Below, piece after piece: positions 35,509 to 43,972 of a stretch of 64,000 nucleotides of DNA. Location of the stretch: positions 2,208,001 through 2,272,000 of the forward strand of contig CBDBZU010000004.1 in NCBI GenBank assembly GCA_965213625.1, written 5' to 3'. The notes under the pieces are model-generated. The model was not told the origin of the DNA, did no database searches, and was given only the letters and a program-made list of their open reading frames with translations. This DNA is from a bacterium (GTDB taxonomy: Bacteria; UBA8248). The position numbers and the translations under genes are program-made. Each line of letters begins with the position of its first letter. Within the stretch, counting starts at the first letter, position 1.

Positions 35509-36836
35509 GACGCTTCAGTTTCGCGGGGGAGAATTTCGCCGCCGGGATCGAGCGCCTCTCTCTGAGCGGAGAAGATGCCTTTTCCCGCGTCGAGGCCGAT
35601 GTGCGCGCGATCATCGAACGCGTACGCGCGGAGGGTGACGACGCGCTCGTTGAGCTTACGAAAAAGTTCGACGGTGTTTCCCTGGACGCCGGGAGCCTGG
35701 TCGTAGGCCAGGAGGAGATGGCGCGCGCGGTCGATACGCTGCCGCCCGAGACGCTGGGCGCCCTGAAACTCGCCGAGGAGCGGATTCGCGCATTCCACGA
35801 GGCGCAGGTTCCCCGAAGGATCACGGCCGAGCAGACACCCGGCGAGCGGCTCTCGTTAGAACCCACCCCGCTCGCAAGTGTGGGTCTCTATGCGCCCGGC
35901 GGCACGGCGGCCTATCCCTCTACTGTGCTCATGAACGCCGTTCCTGCGCGCGTGGCGGGTGTGGACGACCTGGTTTTGTGTACGCCGCCGGGTCCAAACG
36001 GCGAGGTGCCCGCCGCCGTACTGGCGGCGGCTTCTCTGGCGGGTCTCGAGCGCGTCGTGCGCATCGGCGGTGCGCAGGCGATCGCCGCCATGGCGTATGG
36101 AACGAAGAGCGTCCCCCGCGTGGACAAGATAGTGGGGCCGGGCAACGTATACGTCGCCGCCGCGAAGCGCATCGTGCGCGGGCGCGTGGAAATCGATAAA
36201 GAAGCTGGTCCGAGCGAGGTGGTCGTGCTCCTGGACGACCCCGCTCTGGCCGAATGGGCGGCGGCGGATTTGCTCGCCCAGGCCGAGCACGACGCGCAGG
36301 CGATGGCGGTGGGCGTTTGCGTGGGCGCGGGTGTGGCCGACGCCTTAGAAAGAGAAGTGGAAAGCCAATTGCGCGCAGCCTTAAGGAGCGAGGAGATAGC
36401 GCAGGCTTTGGAGAATCGCGGGGCCATCATCGAGGCGGCCTCGCGTGATGAGGCGCTAAAGGTGGCGGAAATGCTGGCGCCGGAGCACCTGGAGATATTG
36501 ATGGAGCGCGCTGAAGAGGCGGCCTCAGGGGTTCGCAATGCAGGCGCGGTGTTCTGCGGGCCGTGGAGTCCGGTTCCTTTGGGCGATTACATCGCAGGCC
36601 CCAACCACGTGCTTCCCACCGGAGGAGCCGCTCGCTTCGCCTCGCCGCTCGGCGTATATGATTTCATGAAATGGACGAGCAAGGTGTGTTTCGATGAGGC
36701 CGCCGCCGCGCGGCTGGCCGAGACTGCGGCGAGACTCGCCGATCTGGAAGGCCTGCCTGCCCATGCGCGGGCCTTGCGCTTGAGGCGTGGCGCTTCTGAA
36801 GAGGACGCTGGCGGGGCGCGCACGGATCAAGCATAA
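35505..36836 (+). CDS. hisD: Histidinol dehydrogenase
   Basis: GGAQAIAA, KIVGPGN, AGPSE, AQAEH, APEHL, GPNHVLPT. Confidence 0.97.
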   Translation: MRRFSFAGENFAAGIERLSLSGEDAFSRVEADVRAIIERVRAEGDDALVELTKKFDGVSLDAGSLVVGQEEMARAVDTLPPETLGALKLAEERIRAFHEAQVPRRITAEQTPGERLSLEPTPLASVGLYAPGGTAAYPSTVLMNAVPARVAGVDDLVLCTPPGPNGEVPAAVLAAASLAGLERVVRIGGAQAIAAMAYGTKSVPRVDKIVGPGNVYVAAAKRIVRGRVEIDKEAGPSEVVVLLDDPALAEWAAADLLAQAEHDAQAMAVGVCVGAGVADALEREVESQLRAALRSEEIAQALENRGAIIEAASRDEALKVAEMLAPEHLEILMERAEEAASGVRNAGAVFCGPWSPVPLGDYIAGPNHVLPTGGAARFASPLGVYDFMKWTSKVCFDEAAAARLAETAARLADLEGLPAHARALRLRRGASEEDAGGARTDQA

Positions 36837-36900
36837 TCGCACTGCCGAAAGGCGGCGTTTTCACTGAAGTTGGAACTTTTCATCCGCCGGGAGAGAGAAG

Positions 36901-37503
36901 GTGGCCGCAAAAGCCAAGCAGAGAAAAGCGCGCGTGAGCAGAAAGACGAAGGAGACCGATTTTTCCGTCGCGGTTAACTTGGACGGCGCGGGGGAGGCCG
37001 AAATCAATACGGGCCTCGGTTTTTTCGATCACATGCTCGCCCAGATCGCCCGCCACGGGCTGGTGGATATGACCGTTCGCGGCAAGGGAGACTTGGACGT
37101 CGACGGCCACCACACGGTGGAGGACGTGGGCATTATTCTGGGGCAAACGCTGGCCAAGGCGCTCGGGGACCGGGCGGGCATCACCCGCTACGCCGACGTG
37201 CGCCTGCCGATGATGGACGCGCTCGTTCACGTGGCGGCGGATTTCGGCGGCAGGGGAAACCTCGTCTTCCGCGCCGCGTTCCCCGAAGCCCGAATCGGCG
37301 AGTTCGACACCTCGCTCGTGCGCGAATTCTTCTGGTCCCTGGCCACCCACGCAGGCGTCGACCTCCACGTCGAGGTCTGCTACGGGGACAACAGCCACCA
37401 CATGGTCGAAGCCGTGTTCAAGGGCTTTGCGCGGGCGTTGCGCGCTGGCGTCGCGCTCGACCCGAGAGATACGAGCGTGCCCAGCACCAAGGGCGTCTTA
37501 TAA
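36901..37503 (+). CDS. hisB: Imidazoleglycerol-phosphate dehydratase
   Basis: [32 protein letters not shown]. Confidence 0.97.
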   Translation: MAAKAKQRKARVSRKTKETDFSVAVNLDGAGEAEINTGLGFFDHMLAQIARHGLVDMTVRGKGDLDVDGHHTVEDVGIILGQTLAKALGDRAGITRYADVRLPMMDALVHVAADFGGRGNLVFRAAFPEARIGEFDTSLVREFFWSLATHAGVDLHVEVCYGDNSHHMVEAVFKGFARALRAGVALDPRDTSVPSTKGVL

Positions 37504-37528
37504 GATATCTTTCTGGAGTTACATCATC

Positions 37529-37841
37529 GGGTTGTTGAAAAAGTTCCCGGGAAGCGATTTTTGTTTCGCGCACGCTTTTGAAGTTCACTCCCCCCTTGAG
37601 GGGGAGTCGATGAAGCCGAGCGGTATTTGCGAAGGCTGAATCGGTGGGGGGTAGAATGCGTTTTATCGCCATTCCGGAATATACCCCCCACCAGTTCGCT
37701 TTCGGGCTTACGTCCTCAACTCACTGACTCCCCCTCAAGGGGGGAGTGGTTGGTTGGCGATTTCAAGGGAGGAGTAAAGTTTCATCCCTCCCTAGTCGGC
37801 TCCATACGTGGAATCACGAAATCGGGGTTTTTCAACAGCTC
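37529..37841. mobile_element. Non-autonomous nested MITE/REP-like element, copy 1
   Basis: Outer IR GGGTTGTTGAAAAA/TTTTTCAACAGCTC; inner perfect 23-bp IR at 37586-37608/37726-37748; homologous to 40845-41180. Confidence 0.8.
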
Positions 37842-37857
37842 CAGAAGGGGGAGTAGA

Positions 37858-38526
37858 ATGACGGCCGAGATCGTCGTAGTCGACTACGGCATGGGAAACG
37901 TCCTGAGCGTCAGGAACGCGCTGGCCAAAATAGGCGCCGAGGCGGTGCTGAGCGACGACCCGCAAGTCCTGGAGGCGGCAACGGGCGTCATCATGCCAGG
38001 CATTGGTGGTTTTCCGGAATGCATGCGCGCCCTGGAGGACGCAGGTCTCACAGGACCACTTCGCCGCGTCATCGAAGAGGGCGTTCCCTACCTCGGGATA
38101 TGCCTGGGTCTTCAGGTTCTTTTTGAGGAAAGCGAGGAGTTCGGTTCCACGCCTGGGCTGGGAATTCTCCCCGGGCGCGTGCGGCGTTTTCCCGAGGGGA
38201 TGACCGAAAACGGCTCAGCACTTCCCCTGAAGGTCCCCCACATGGGCTGGAACCAGCCGCAGTTTCAGAACCACTCCCCGATTCTCGCGGGCGTGCCCCA
38301 GGGAGCGCATTTCTATTTCGTCCACTCCTACTATGCGGAGCCCTCAGAAGCCTCCCGGCCCTGGATTGCGGCGACGTGCGATTTCGGCGTGCCCTTCATC
38401 GCCAGTGTTCATCGGGAAAACCTCTTCGCCACCCAGTTTCACCCCGAGAAAAGCGGTACGCTCGGTTTGGGGATTTTGAGGAAGTTCGTCGACATCTGCC
38501 GCACGCATAAAGCCTTATCCGCATAG
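37858..38526 (+). CDS. hisH: Imidazole glycerol phosphate synthase, amidotransferase subunit
   Basis: VDYGMGN, LGICLG.Q, PHMGWN, YFVHSY, QFHPEKS. Confidence 0.97.
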   Translation: MTAEIVVVDYGMGNVLSVRNALAKIGAEAVLSDDPQVLEAATGVIMPGIGGFPECMRALEDAGLTGPLRRVIEEGVPYLGICLGLQVLFEESEEFGSTPGLGILPGRVRRFPEGMTENGSALPLKVPHMGWNQPQFQNHSPILAGVPQGAHFYFVHSYYAEPSEASRPWIAATCDFGVPFIASVHRENLFATQFHPEKSGTLGLGILRKFVDICRTHKALSA

Positions 38527-38666
38527 GGGCGGCCCCTGCGGCGGGTCACCTTATCCTCTCGCGGGTCCTTTTCTGCAAGAAATCCCCGTAAGCGTTTGCA
38601 ATAAAACCCGTTTGGGTTTAATGAGAGGCGCAAGTGTTGCGGGAATCTCATCTTGAGGATGTCGTT

Positions 38667-39392
38667 TTGCTTCTCATTCCGGCGGTCGATCTCAAGGGCG
38701 GTAAATGCGTGAGGCTCATCCAGGGCCAGAAAGGCCGCGAGATCGTCTATGGTGACGACCCTGTGGCCTGGGCCCTGCGCTGGGTGGAGCAAGGAGCGCA
38801 GCGGCTTCACCTCATCGATCTCGACGGCGCCTTTGACGGCGCGCCAGCCCACATCGACGTTCTGACGCAGGTGGCCGGGGCGGTAGACGTTCCCGTGGAG
38901 TTCGGCGGCGGCGTGCGGTCCGAGGAATCGCTCGCTGAAGTTCTGGAGGCGGGGGCGAGCTTCGTCATCCTCGGTACGAGCGCGCTCAGAAACCCTGAAT
39001 TCTTGGAATCCGCCGCCCGAAATAATCCCGGCAAAATCCTTTTGGGCATCGACGCCAAAGACGGTGAAGTCAGAATCTCGGGCTGGGAGGAGGGAGACTC
39101 GGTATCGCCCGAGTCGCTGGCGAACCGCTTCGCCGATCTCCCCCTGGCGGGAATCATATTCACCGACATCAGGCGCGACGGCACGCTGGAGGGCTTCGAC
39201 CCCGCCCCTACTGTAGCTCTCGCGGAAGCCTGCGGTCTGCCCGTCATCGCCGCAGGCGGGGTGAGCAGGCTCGAGGACGTCACAAAGCTCATCCCCCTGG
39301 AAGATAAGGGCGTCATCGGCGCCGTCGTGGGACGCGCCCTCTATGAGGGGACCATGGATTTCCCAAAGGCGATGGAGATGCTCTCTTGCTAG
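38667..39392 (+). CDS. hisA: ProFAR isomerase
   Basis: TTG start after GAGGA; [34 protein letters not shown]. Confidence 0.96.
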   Translation: MLLIPAVDLKGGKCVRLIQGQKGREIVYGDDPVAWALRWVEQGAQRLHLIDLDGAFDGAPAHIDVLTQVAGAVDVPVEFGGGVRSEESLAEVLEAGASFVILGTSALRNPEFLESAARNNPGKILLGIDAKDGEVRISGWEEGDSVSPESLANRFADLPLAGIIFTDIRRDGTLEGFDPAPTVALAEACGLPVIAAGGVSRLEDVTKLIPLEDKGVIGAVVGRALYEGTMDFPKAMEMLSC

Positions 39393-40156
39393 CCAAGCGA
39401 ATCATTCCCTGCCTGGACGTCAAGGAAGGCCGCGTGGTGAAGGGCGTGAATTTCGAGGGCCTGCGCGACGCGGGCGACCCCGTGGAGTGCGCCGCGCATT
39501 ATGACGACATGGGCGCGGATGAAATCTGCTTTCTCGACATCACGGCCTCGAAGGAAAAGCGCGGCACCCTGCTCGACATGGTGCGCCGCACGGCGGAGCG
39601 CGTGTTCGTTCCCTTGACGGTGGGCGGCGGCGTGCGCGAGGAGCAAGACGTGCGCGATCTGCTGCGAGCAGGGGCGGACAAGGTGAGCATCAACAGCGCG
39701 GCGCTCAGGGACTCAGGACTTCTCAAGCGCTCGGCGGAGCGCTACGGGAGTTCCACCATCGTGTGCGCCATCGACGCCAAGCGCGTCTCGGAAGATGCGG
39801 ATGCGCCCCGTTGGGAGGCGTTCACGCACGGGGGTTCGCGGCCCACCGGACAGGACGCCGTGGCCTGGGCGGAGGAGGCGTGCGAACTGGGCGCGGGCGA
39901 GATTCTCCTCACCAGCATGGACAGGGACGGAACCAAGGACGGGTATGACCTGGCCCTCACGCGCACGATTGCCGAGCGTGTGGGCGTGCCCGTCATCGCC
40001 TCGGGCGGCGTGGGGAATCTGGAGCATCTTTACGATGGTTTGGAGGAAGGCTGCGCCGACGCCGTGCTGGCCGCCTCGATATTTCACTTTGGCGATTATT
40101 CGGTCGAGGAGGTGAAAGTCTATCTGCGCGAGCGCGGCGTGGAGGTGAGGCTGTGA
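39386..40156 (+). CDS. hisF: Imidazole glycerol phosphate synthase, cyclase subunit
   Basis: [35 protein letters not shown]. Confidence 0.97.
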   Translation: MLAKRIIPCLDVKEGRVVKGVNFEGLRDAGDPVECAAHYDDMGADEICFLDITASKEKRGTLLDMVRRTAERVFVPLTVGGGVREEQDVRDLLRAGADKVSINSAALRDSGLLKRSAERYGSSTIVCAIDAKRVSEDADAPRWEAFTHGGSRPTGQDAVAWAEEACELGAGEILLTSMDRDGTKDGYDLALTRTIAERVGVPVIASGGVGNLEHLYDGLEEGCADAVLAASIFHFGDYSVEEVKVYLRERGVEVRL

Positions 40157-40827
40157 GCGAGGTGGAAATCCCCGAAATCAAGTGGAACGAGCAGGGCCTT
40201 GCCCCCGCCGTCTGCCAGGATGCGGGAACGGGGCAGGTCCTGACCCTCGCTTGGGTGAACGAAGAATCGCTCCGCTTGACGCTGGAGAAGGGAACCGTCC
40301 ATTTCTGGTCCCGCTCCCGAGGGGAGCTCTGGCACAAGGGCGAGACCTCGGGAAATTATCTGCATCTGGTCTCGGCGAGGCTCGATTGCGACGCGGATGC
40401 GCTGGTGTTCATCGTGCGGCCCGACGGGCCGGCCTGCCACACGAACCGGATGTCGTGTTTTTTTAACGAAATCCCCGTGCCCGAGCGGGAAGGAGAGGGC
40501 GAGGCGCTCGATTTCGATCAGAACCTGCTTGAATCGGTATATCGCCTGATCCTGGACAGGAAAAAGGCGGGCGAAACGGATTCGAGCTACGTGGCGCGCC
40601 TGTTCGCCAGGGGCGAGGAGCGTGTGCTGGAGAAGATAGACGAAGAGGCCGCCGAGGTCGTCACGGCCATGCGCGAAGAGGGCCCCGACGCGATAACGAA
40701 CGAGGTGGCCGACTTGTGGTTCCATACCCTGGTGGGGATGGCCGCGCACGACGTGCCGCCGGGGCGGGTTTTTGCGGAATTGGCGCGCCGGTTCGGGCGC
40801 GGCGGGAGGCCCGAGTCCGAGAGATAG
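40153..40827 (+). CDS. hisIE: Bifunctional PRAMP cyclohydrolase / PRATP pyrophosphatase
   Basis: WSRSR, KGETSGN, DCDAD, ACHT..SCF; then SYVARL, KI.EEAAE, EVADL. Confidence 0.95.
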   Translation: MSEVEIPEIKWNEQGLAPAVCQDAGTGQVLTLAWVNEESLRLTLEKGTVHFWSRSRGELWHKGETSGNYLHLVSARLDCDADALVFIVRPDGPACHTNRMSCFFNEIPVPEREGEGEALDFDQNLLESVYRLILDRKKAGETDSSYVARLFARGEERVLEKIDEEAAEVVTAMREEGPDAITNEVADLWFHTLVGMAAHDVPPGRVFAELARRFGRGGRPESER

Positions 40828-40844
40828 GACGTTCCCGGCCAAAT

Positions 40845-41180
40845 GGGCTAGTTGAAAAAGTCCCTGGGAAACGATTCGGGTTGCGCGCTCGCTTTTGAAT
40901 TTCACTCCCCCCTTGAGGGTCGGTCTATCCTCCTCGGGTAGACCGACGGTGAGGTATGGGAGTTTTACCCCCGAAACTGAACCGGTGGGGGTATATTTCG
41001 AAATGGCGATAAAACGCATCCTACCCCCCACCGAGTCAGCCTTCACCTATCGGTTCGGCTTCCTCGTCTGGCTTTCCCCTCGGGAAGCCAGACCCTCAAA
41101 GGGGGGAGTGAAGTTTCATACCTCCTCGCTCGGTTGGTTACATACGCAGAATCACGAGGTCGGGATTTTTTCAAAAACCC
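40845..41180. mobile_element. Non-autonomous nested MITE/REP-like element, copy 2 (inner segment inverted)
   Basis: Outer parts are co-directional with copy 1; the inner segment matches the reverse complement of copy 1's; extra hairpins in both arms. Confidence 0.8.
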
Positions 41181-41235
41181 CAAAATTGGGCGAATTCCGC
41201 CCGAAGCGATGATTGTTTCATTATATTCATTATGT

Positions 41236-41264
41236 TTGACAATTTTCGGCTCCGCTCCTATATT
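41236..41264 (+). promoter_or_regulatory. Near-consensus sigma70 promoter
   Basis: TTGACA-17-TATATT, ~325 nt upstream of mutS2. Confidence 0.65.
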
Positions 41265-41588
41265 GACTTCTAATAGTATGGGGTAGTGTGCACTTTGTAG
41301 CGCCCGATTATATAAGCAGTTGAAATTCAAAAAGATACGGGATGGCTGAGGGTCATCCCCTCATTTTATTCATGGACGCTGCGTTCTTCGGTCTGTCTTG
41401 AAGAACGCTCGACGAAAAGGACCCCGATTACCATTTCGCCCCACCGGTGTTTCCACTGATTCCAGACCGGGATGCCGGAAGAGCACCGCCTGTTTTTCAA
41501 TCGAGATTTTCGGAAAACGCCGTTTTGCCCCGGTAGTGGGCGAAGCGCATTATTTATTGTTGAATCTATTATCCGTGGATGATGGTTG

Positions 41589-43943
41589 ATGGATGATCGC
41601 ACACTGCAAGGCATTGAATTCGCAAGTGTTCTGAAGCTGCTGGAGGCTCGCTGCGCCTCTGCCTCCGGCGCGGCGGCGGCCGCAGCGCTTAAGCCGTCCA
41701 CCTCGTCTTTCAAGGTCGATACCCTGCTCGATGAGACCGATGAAGCGGTGGCGCTACTCGCCGCCGGGGAATACTTGCCGCTGGCTGCCTTCGATGACCC
41801 CGAAGAGTGGCTCGAGGACATCAGACGCCGGGGAGGGAACCTTGAGGGCGAGAAATTCCTCTCGATTCTCGCTTTGCTGAACCTCGCCTCCGAGGTGCGC
41901 CGTTTCGTGGAGGAGCGCGCCGAGAGGCTGCCCAGGCTCAGGATGCGCATTCACGGCGCGGACATGCAATATCCTCTGGCCGCGCGTATCAGGCGAATTC
42001 TCGATGAGCGCGGCGAGGTGCGCGACGACGCGAGCCCCGAACTTAAGGAATCGAGAACAAAGCAGCGCGCGCTCAGGGCCGAGATACGCCGCCTGCTGGA
42101 CAGGGTGATGGCGACGCACGCGAATGCGATACAGGAAAACCTGATCGTCCAGCGGCGCGAGCGGTATCTTGTTCCCGCCAAGACAACCTACAAGCGCTCC
42201 TTCGAGGGCGTGATACAGGATCGCTCCGCGAGCGGGGAGACCCTGTTCGTCGAGCCGCTTTCGGCGGTGCCCGTCAACAACGCCATCGCCGAGGAGCGCG
42301 AGGCCGAACGCGCGGAGTTGGAGAGAATCCTGCGTGAGTTGACCGCAGAGGTGATGGCGGCGCGCGAGGCAATCGTTTATCTGGTGCAATGTCTGGCCGG
42401 GCTCGACCTCATCTGGGCGAAGGCGCGTCTGGGAGTCGATTGGCGCGGCGCGCGCGCTCAAGTGAGCGCGGAGGGAAGCATCCGGTTGCGAGCAGCGCGT
42501 CATCCCCTCCTCACGGCGGGCGTCGGCGCGGTGCCGAAAGAACAGGTGGTGCCCATCGACCTCGAGGTCGGGGGGGAGGGGGTTCGTCAACTACTTATCA
42601 CGGGGCCCAACACGGGCGGCAAGACGGTGGCCCTCAAGACGGTGGGCCTTTGCGTGGCGCTCCACCAGTGCGGCGTGCCCATACCGGCTGCGCCCGAGAG
42701 CGCCCTGCCCGTCGTCAAGACGCTCGTCGCCGACATCGGCGATGAACAGGACATTCAGCAGAACCTGAGCACCTTCTCGGGCCACATGGCGCGCGTCTCG
42801 GGCGCGGTGCGCGAGGCGAGGGAGGGCGTGCTCGTGCTCCTGGACGAGTTGGGTTCCGGCACCGACCCCGCGGAGGGTTCGGCCATCGGCGTCTCCGTGC
42901 TCGAGCATCTGGCGGCGAGCGGCGCGCTTTGCATCGTGACGACGCACCACGACGCCCTCAAGCATTACGCCTATCAGGCCGCGCACGCCGAGAACGCCTC
43001 GGTGGAGTTCGACGCCGATGACCTCTCGCCCACCTACCGGATCCGCATGGGCGCGGCGGGGCCGAGCAACGCCATGTCGGTGGCCGAGAAGATGGGTCTG
43101 CCCGAATCCGTGCTGGCGCGCGCGGATGCCCTCCTCATGAAAGGTCCTGTCCAGGTGGATCGCCTGATGGCGAACCTCTCCGATCAGGCGCGCGAGATGG
43201 AAGAAAAAGAGGCCGACCTCTCGGCCCGTCGGGTGCGGCTCGAAGCGCGCGAGGGGCAAGTCGAGTGCCAGTTAGGCGAAGAGGCGCGCCAGAGAGGCGA
43301 TGAGGCGGCCCGGTTCCTCAAGGACTTGCGGCGCGAGGCCGACGGCCTTTTGAACGAGATGCGCGGGGCCCTCGAAATGGAGGAGGCCAAGCGTATCGCG
43401 CGCGAGCGCATCCGTGAATTGAGCGCCAGAATCGAAGAAGCGCTTCCTCCGGGGCAAGAGGAGGCGGCGACGCGCGCGCCGGTTTCGTGCCGCGTGGGAG
43501 ACAGGGTGCGCATCCCGCTCATGAACTGCACGGGCGAGGTGGCCGCCTTACACGGAGAGGATGAGCTGACCGTGTCGGTAAACGGCAAATCCCTGCGCCT
43601 CTCCAGCAGCGTGGTGGAGGTTCTGGACGATACGCCGGTCGCGCCTCCACGCAGGAGCACGGTGACGCACGACGTCTTGTCGAGGGGAGATGATTTCTCG
43701 CCCGAGCTTCAACTGCGCGGCGTACGCGCGGAGCGCGCCATCGAGATGGTGGATAAATATCTCGACGACGCCGCGCTCGTGGGAATCGCGTCGGTTCGCA
43801 TCGTTCACGGCAAGGGAGAGGGGGTGCTCTCCCAGGTCATCGCAGAGAGGCTCAAGGAACACACCCTGGTGACGAAGTTCGGCCCCGCGCGGCCCGAAGA
43901 AGGCGGCTGGGGCGTTACGAACGTGGAGTTGGCCCTGCGCTGA
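41589..43943 (+). CDS. mutS2: Endonuclease MutS2
   Basis: SASGETLFVEP, ITGPNTGGKT, DIGDEQ, STFS.H, LLDELGSGTDP, C-terminal Smr (IVHGKG). Confidence 0.95.
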   Translation: MDDRTLQGIEFASVLKLLEARCASASGAAAAAALKPSTSSFKVDTLLDETDEAVALLAAGEYLPLAAFDDPEEWLEDIRRRGGNLEGEKFLSILALLNLASEVRRFVEERAERLPRLRMRIHGADMQYPLAARIRRILDERGEVRDDASPELKESRTKQRALRAEIRRLLDRVMATHANAIQENLIVQRRERYLVPAKTTYKRSFEGVIQDRSASGETLFVEPLSAVPVNNAIAEEREAERAELERILRELTAEVMAAREAIVYLVQCLAGLDLIWAKARLGVDWRGARAQVSAEGSIRLRAARHPLLTAGVGAVPKEQVVPIDLEVGGEGVRQLLITGPNTGGKTVALKTVGLCVALHQCGVPIPAAPESALPVVKTLVADIGDEQDIQQNLSTFSGHMARVSGAVREAREGVLVLLDELGSGTDPAEGSAIGVSVLEHLAASGALCIVTTHHDALKHYAYQAAHAENASVEFDADDLSPTYRIRMGAAGPSNAMSVAEKMGLPESVLARADALLMKGPVQVDRLMANLSDQAREMEEKEADLSARRVRLEAREGQVECQLGEEARQRGDEAARFLKDLRREADGLLNEMRGALEMEEAKRIARERIRELSARIEEALPPGQEEAATRAPVSCRVGDRVRIPLMNCTGEVAALHGEDELTVSVNGKSLRLSSSVVEVLDDTPVAPPRRSTVTHDVLSRGDDFSPELQLRGVRAERAIEMVDKYLDDAALVGIASVRIVHGKGEGVLSQVIAERLKEHTLVTKFGPARPEEGGWGVTNVELALR

Positions 43944-43972
43944 TTCTTTGCTTTTTTTATGAGGTTGCTGGA

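Noticed and set aside
37520-37850. Target-site duplications around the MITE-like copies
   Set aside because: The flanks of both copies show no convincing direct repeat, so the family assignment stays tentative.
38522-38545. ATAGGGGCGGCCCCT after hisH as another REP copy
   Set aside because: Only a short 6-bp stem; too little to support, though it resembles GTAG-type REPs.
37418-41212. Short ORFs sharing the peptide MAIKRILPPT (37418-37672 minus; 40895-41212 plus) and the N-terminal extension of hisH from 37627
   Set aside because: By-products of the repeated element; they diverge outside the inner segment and merely confirm its inversion.
41435-41544. SRP (4.5S) or 6S RNA assignment for the rod-like hairpin
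   Set aside because: It has a GGAA loop but lacks the CAGG...AGCAG helix-8 signature, and it is short for 6S. Kept only as an unknown structure.
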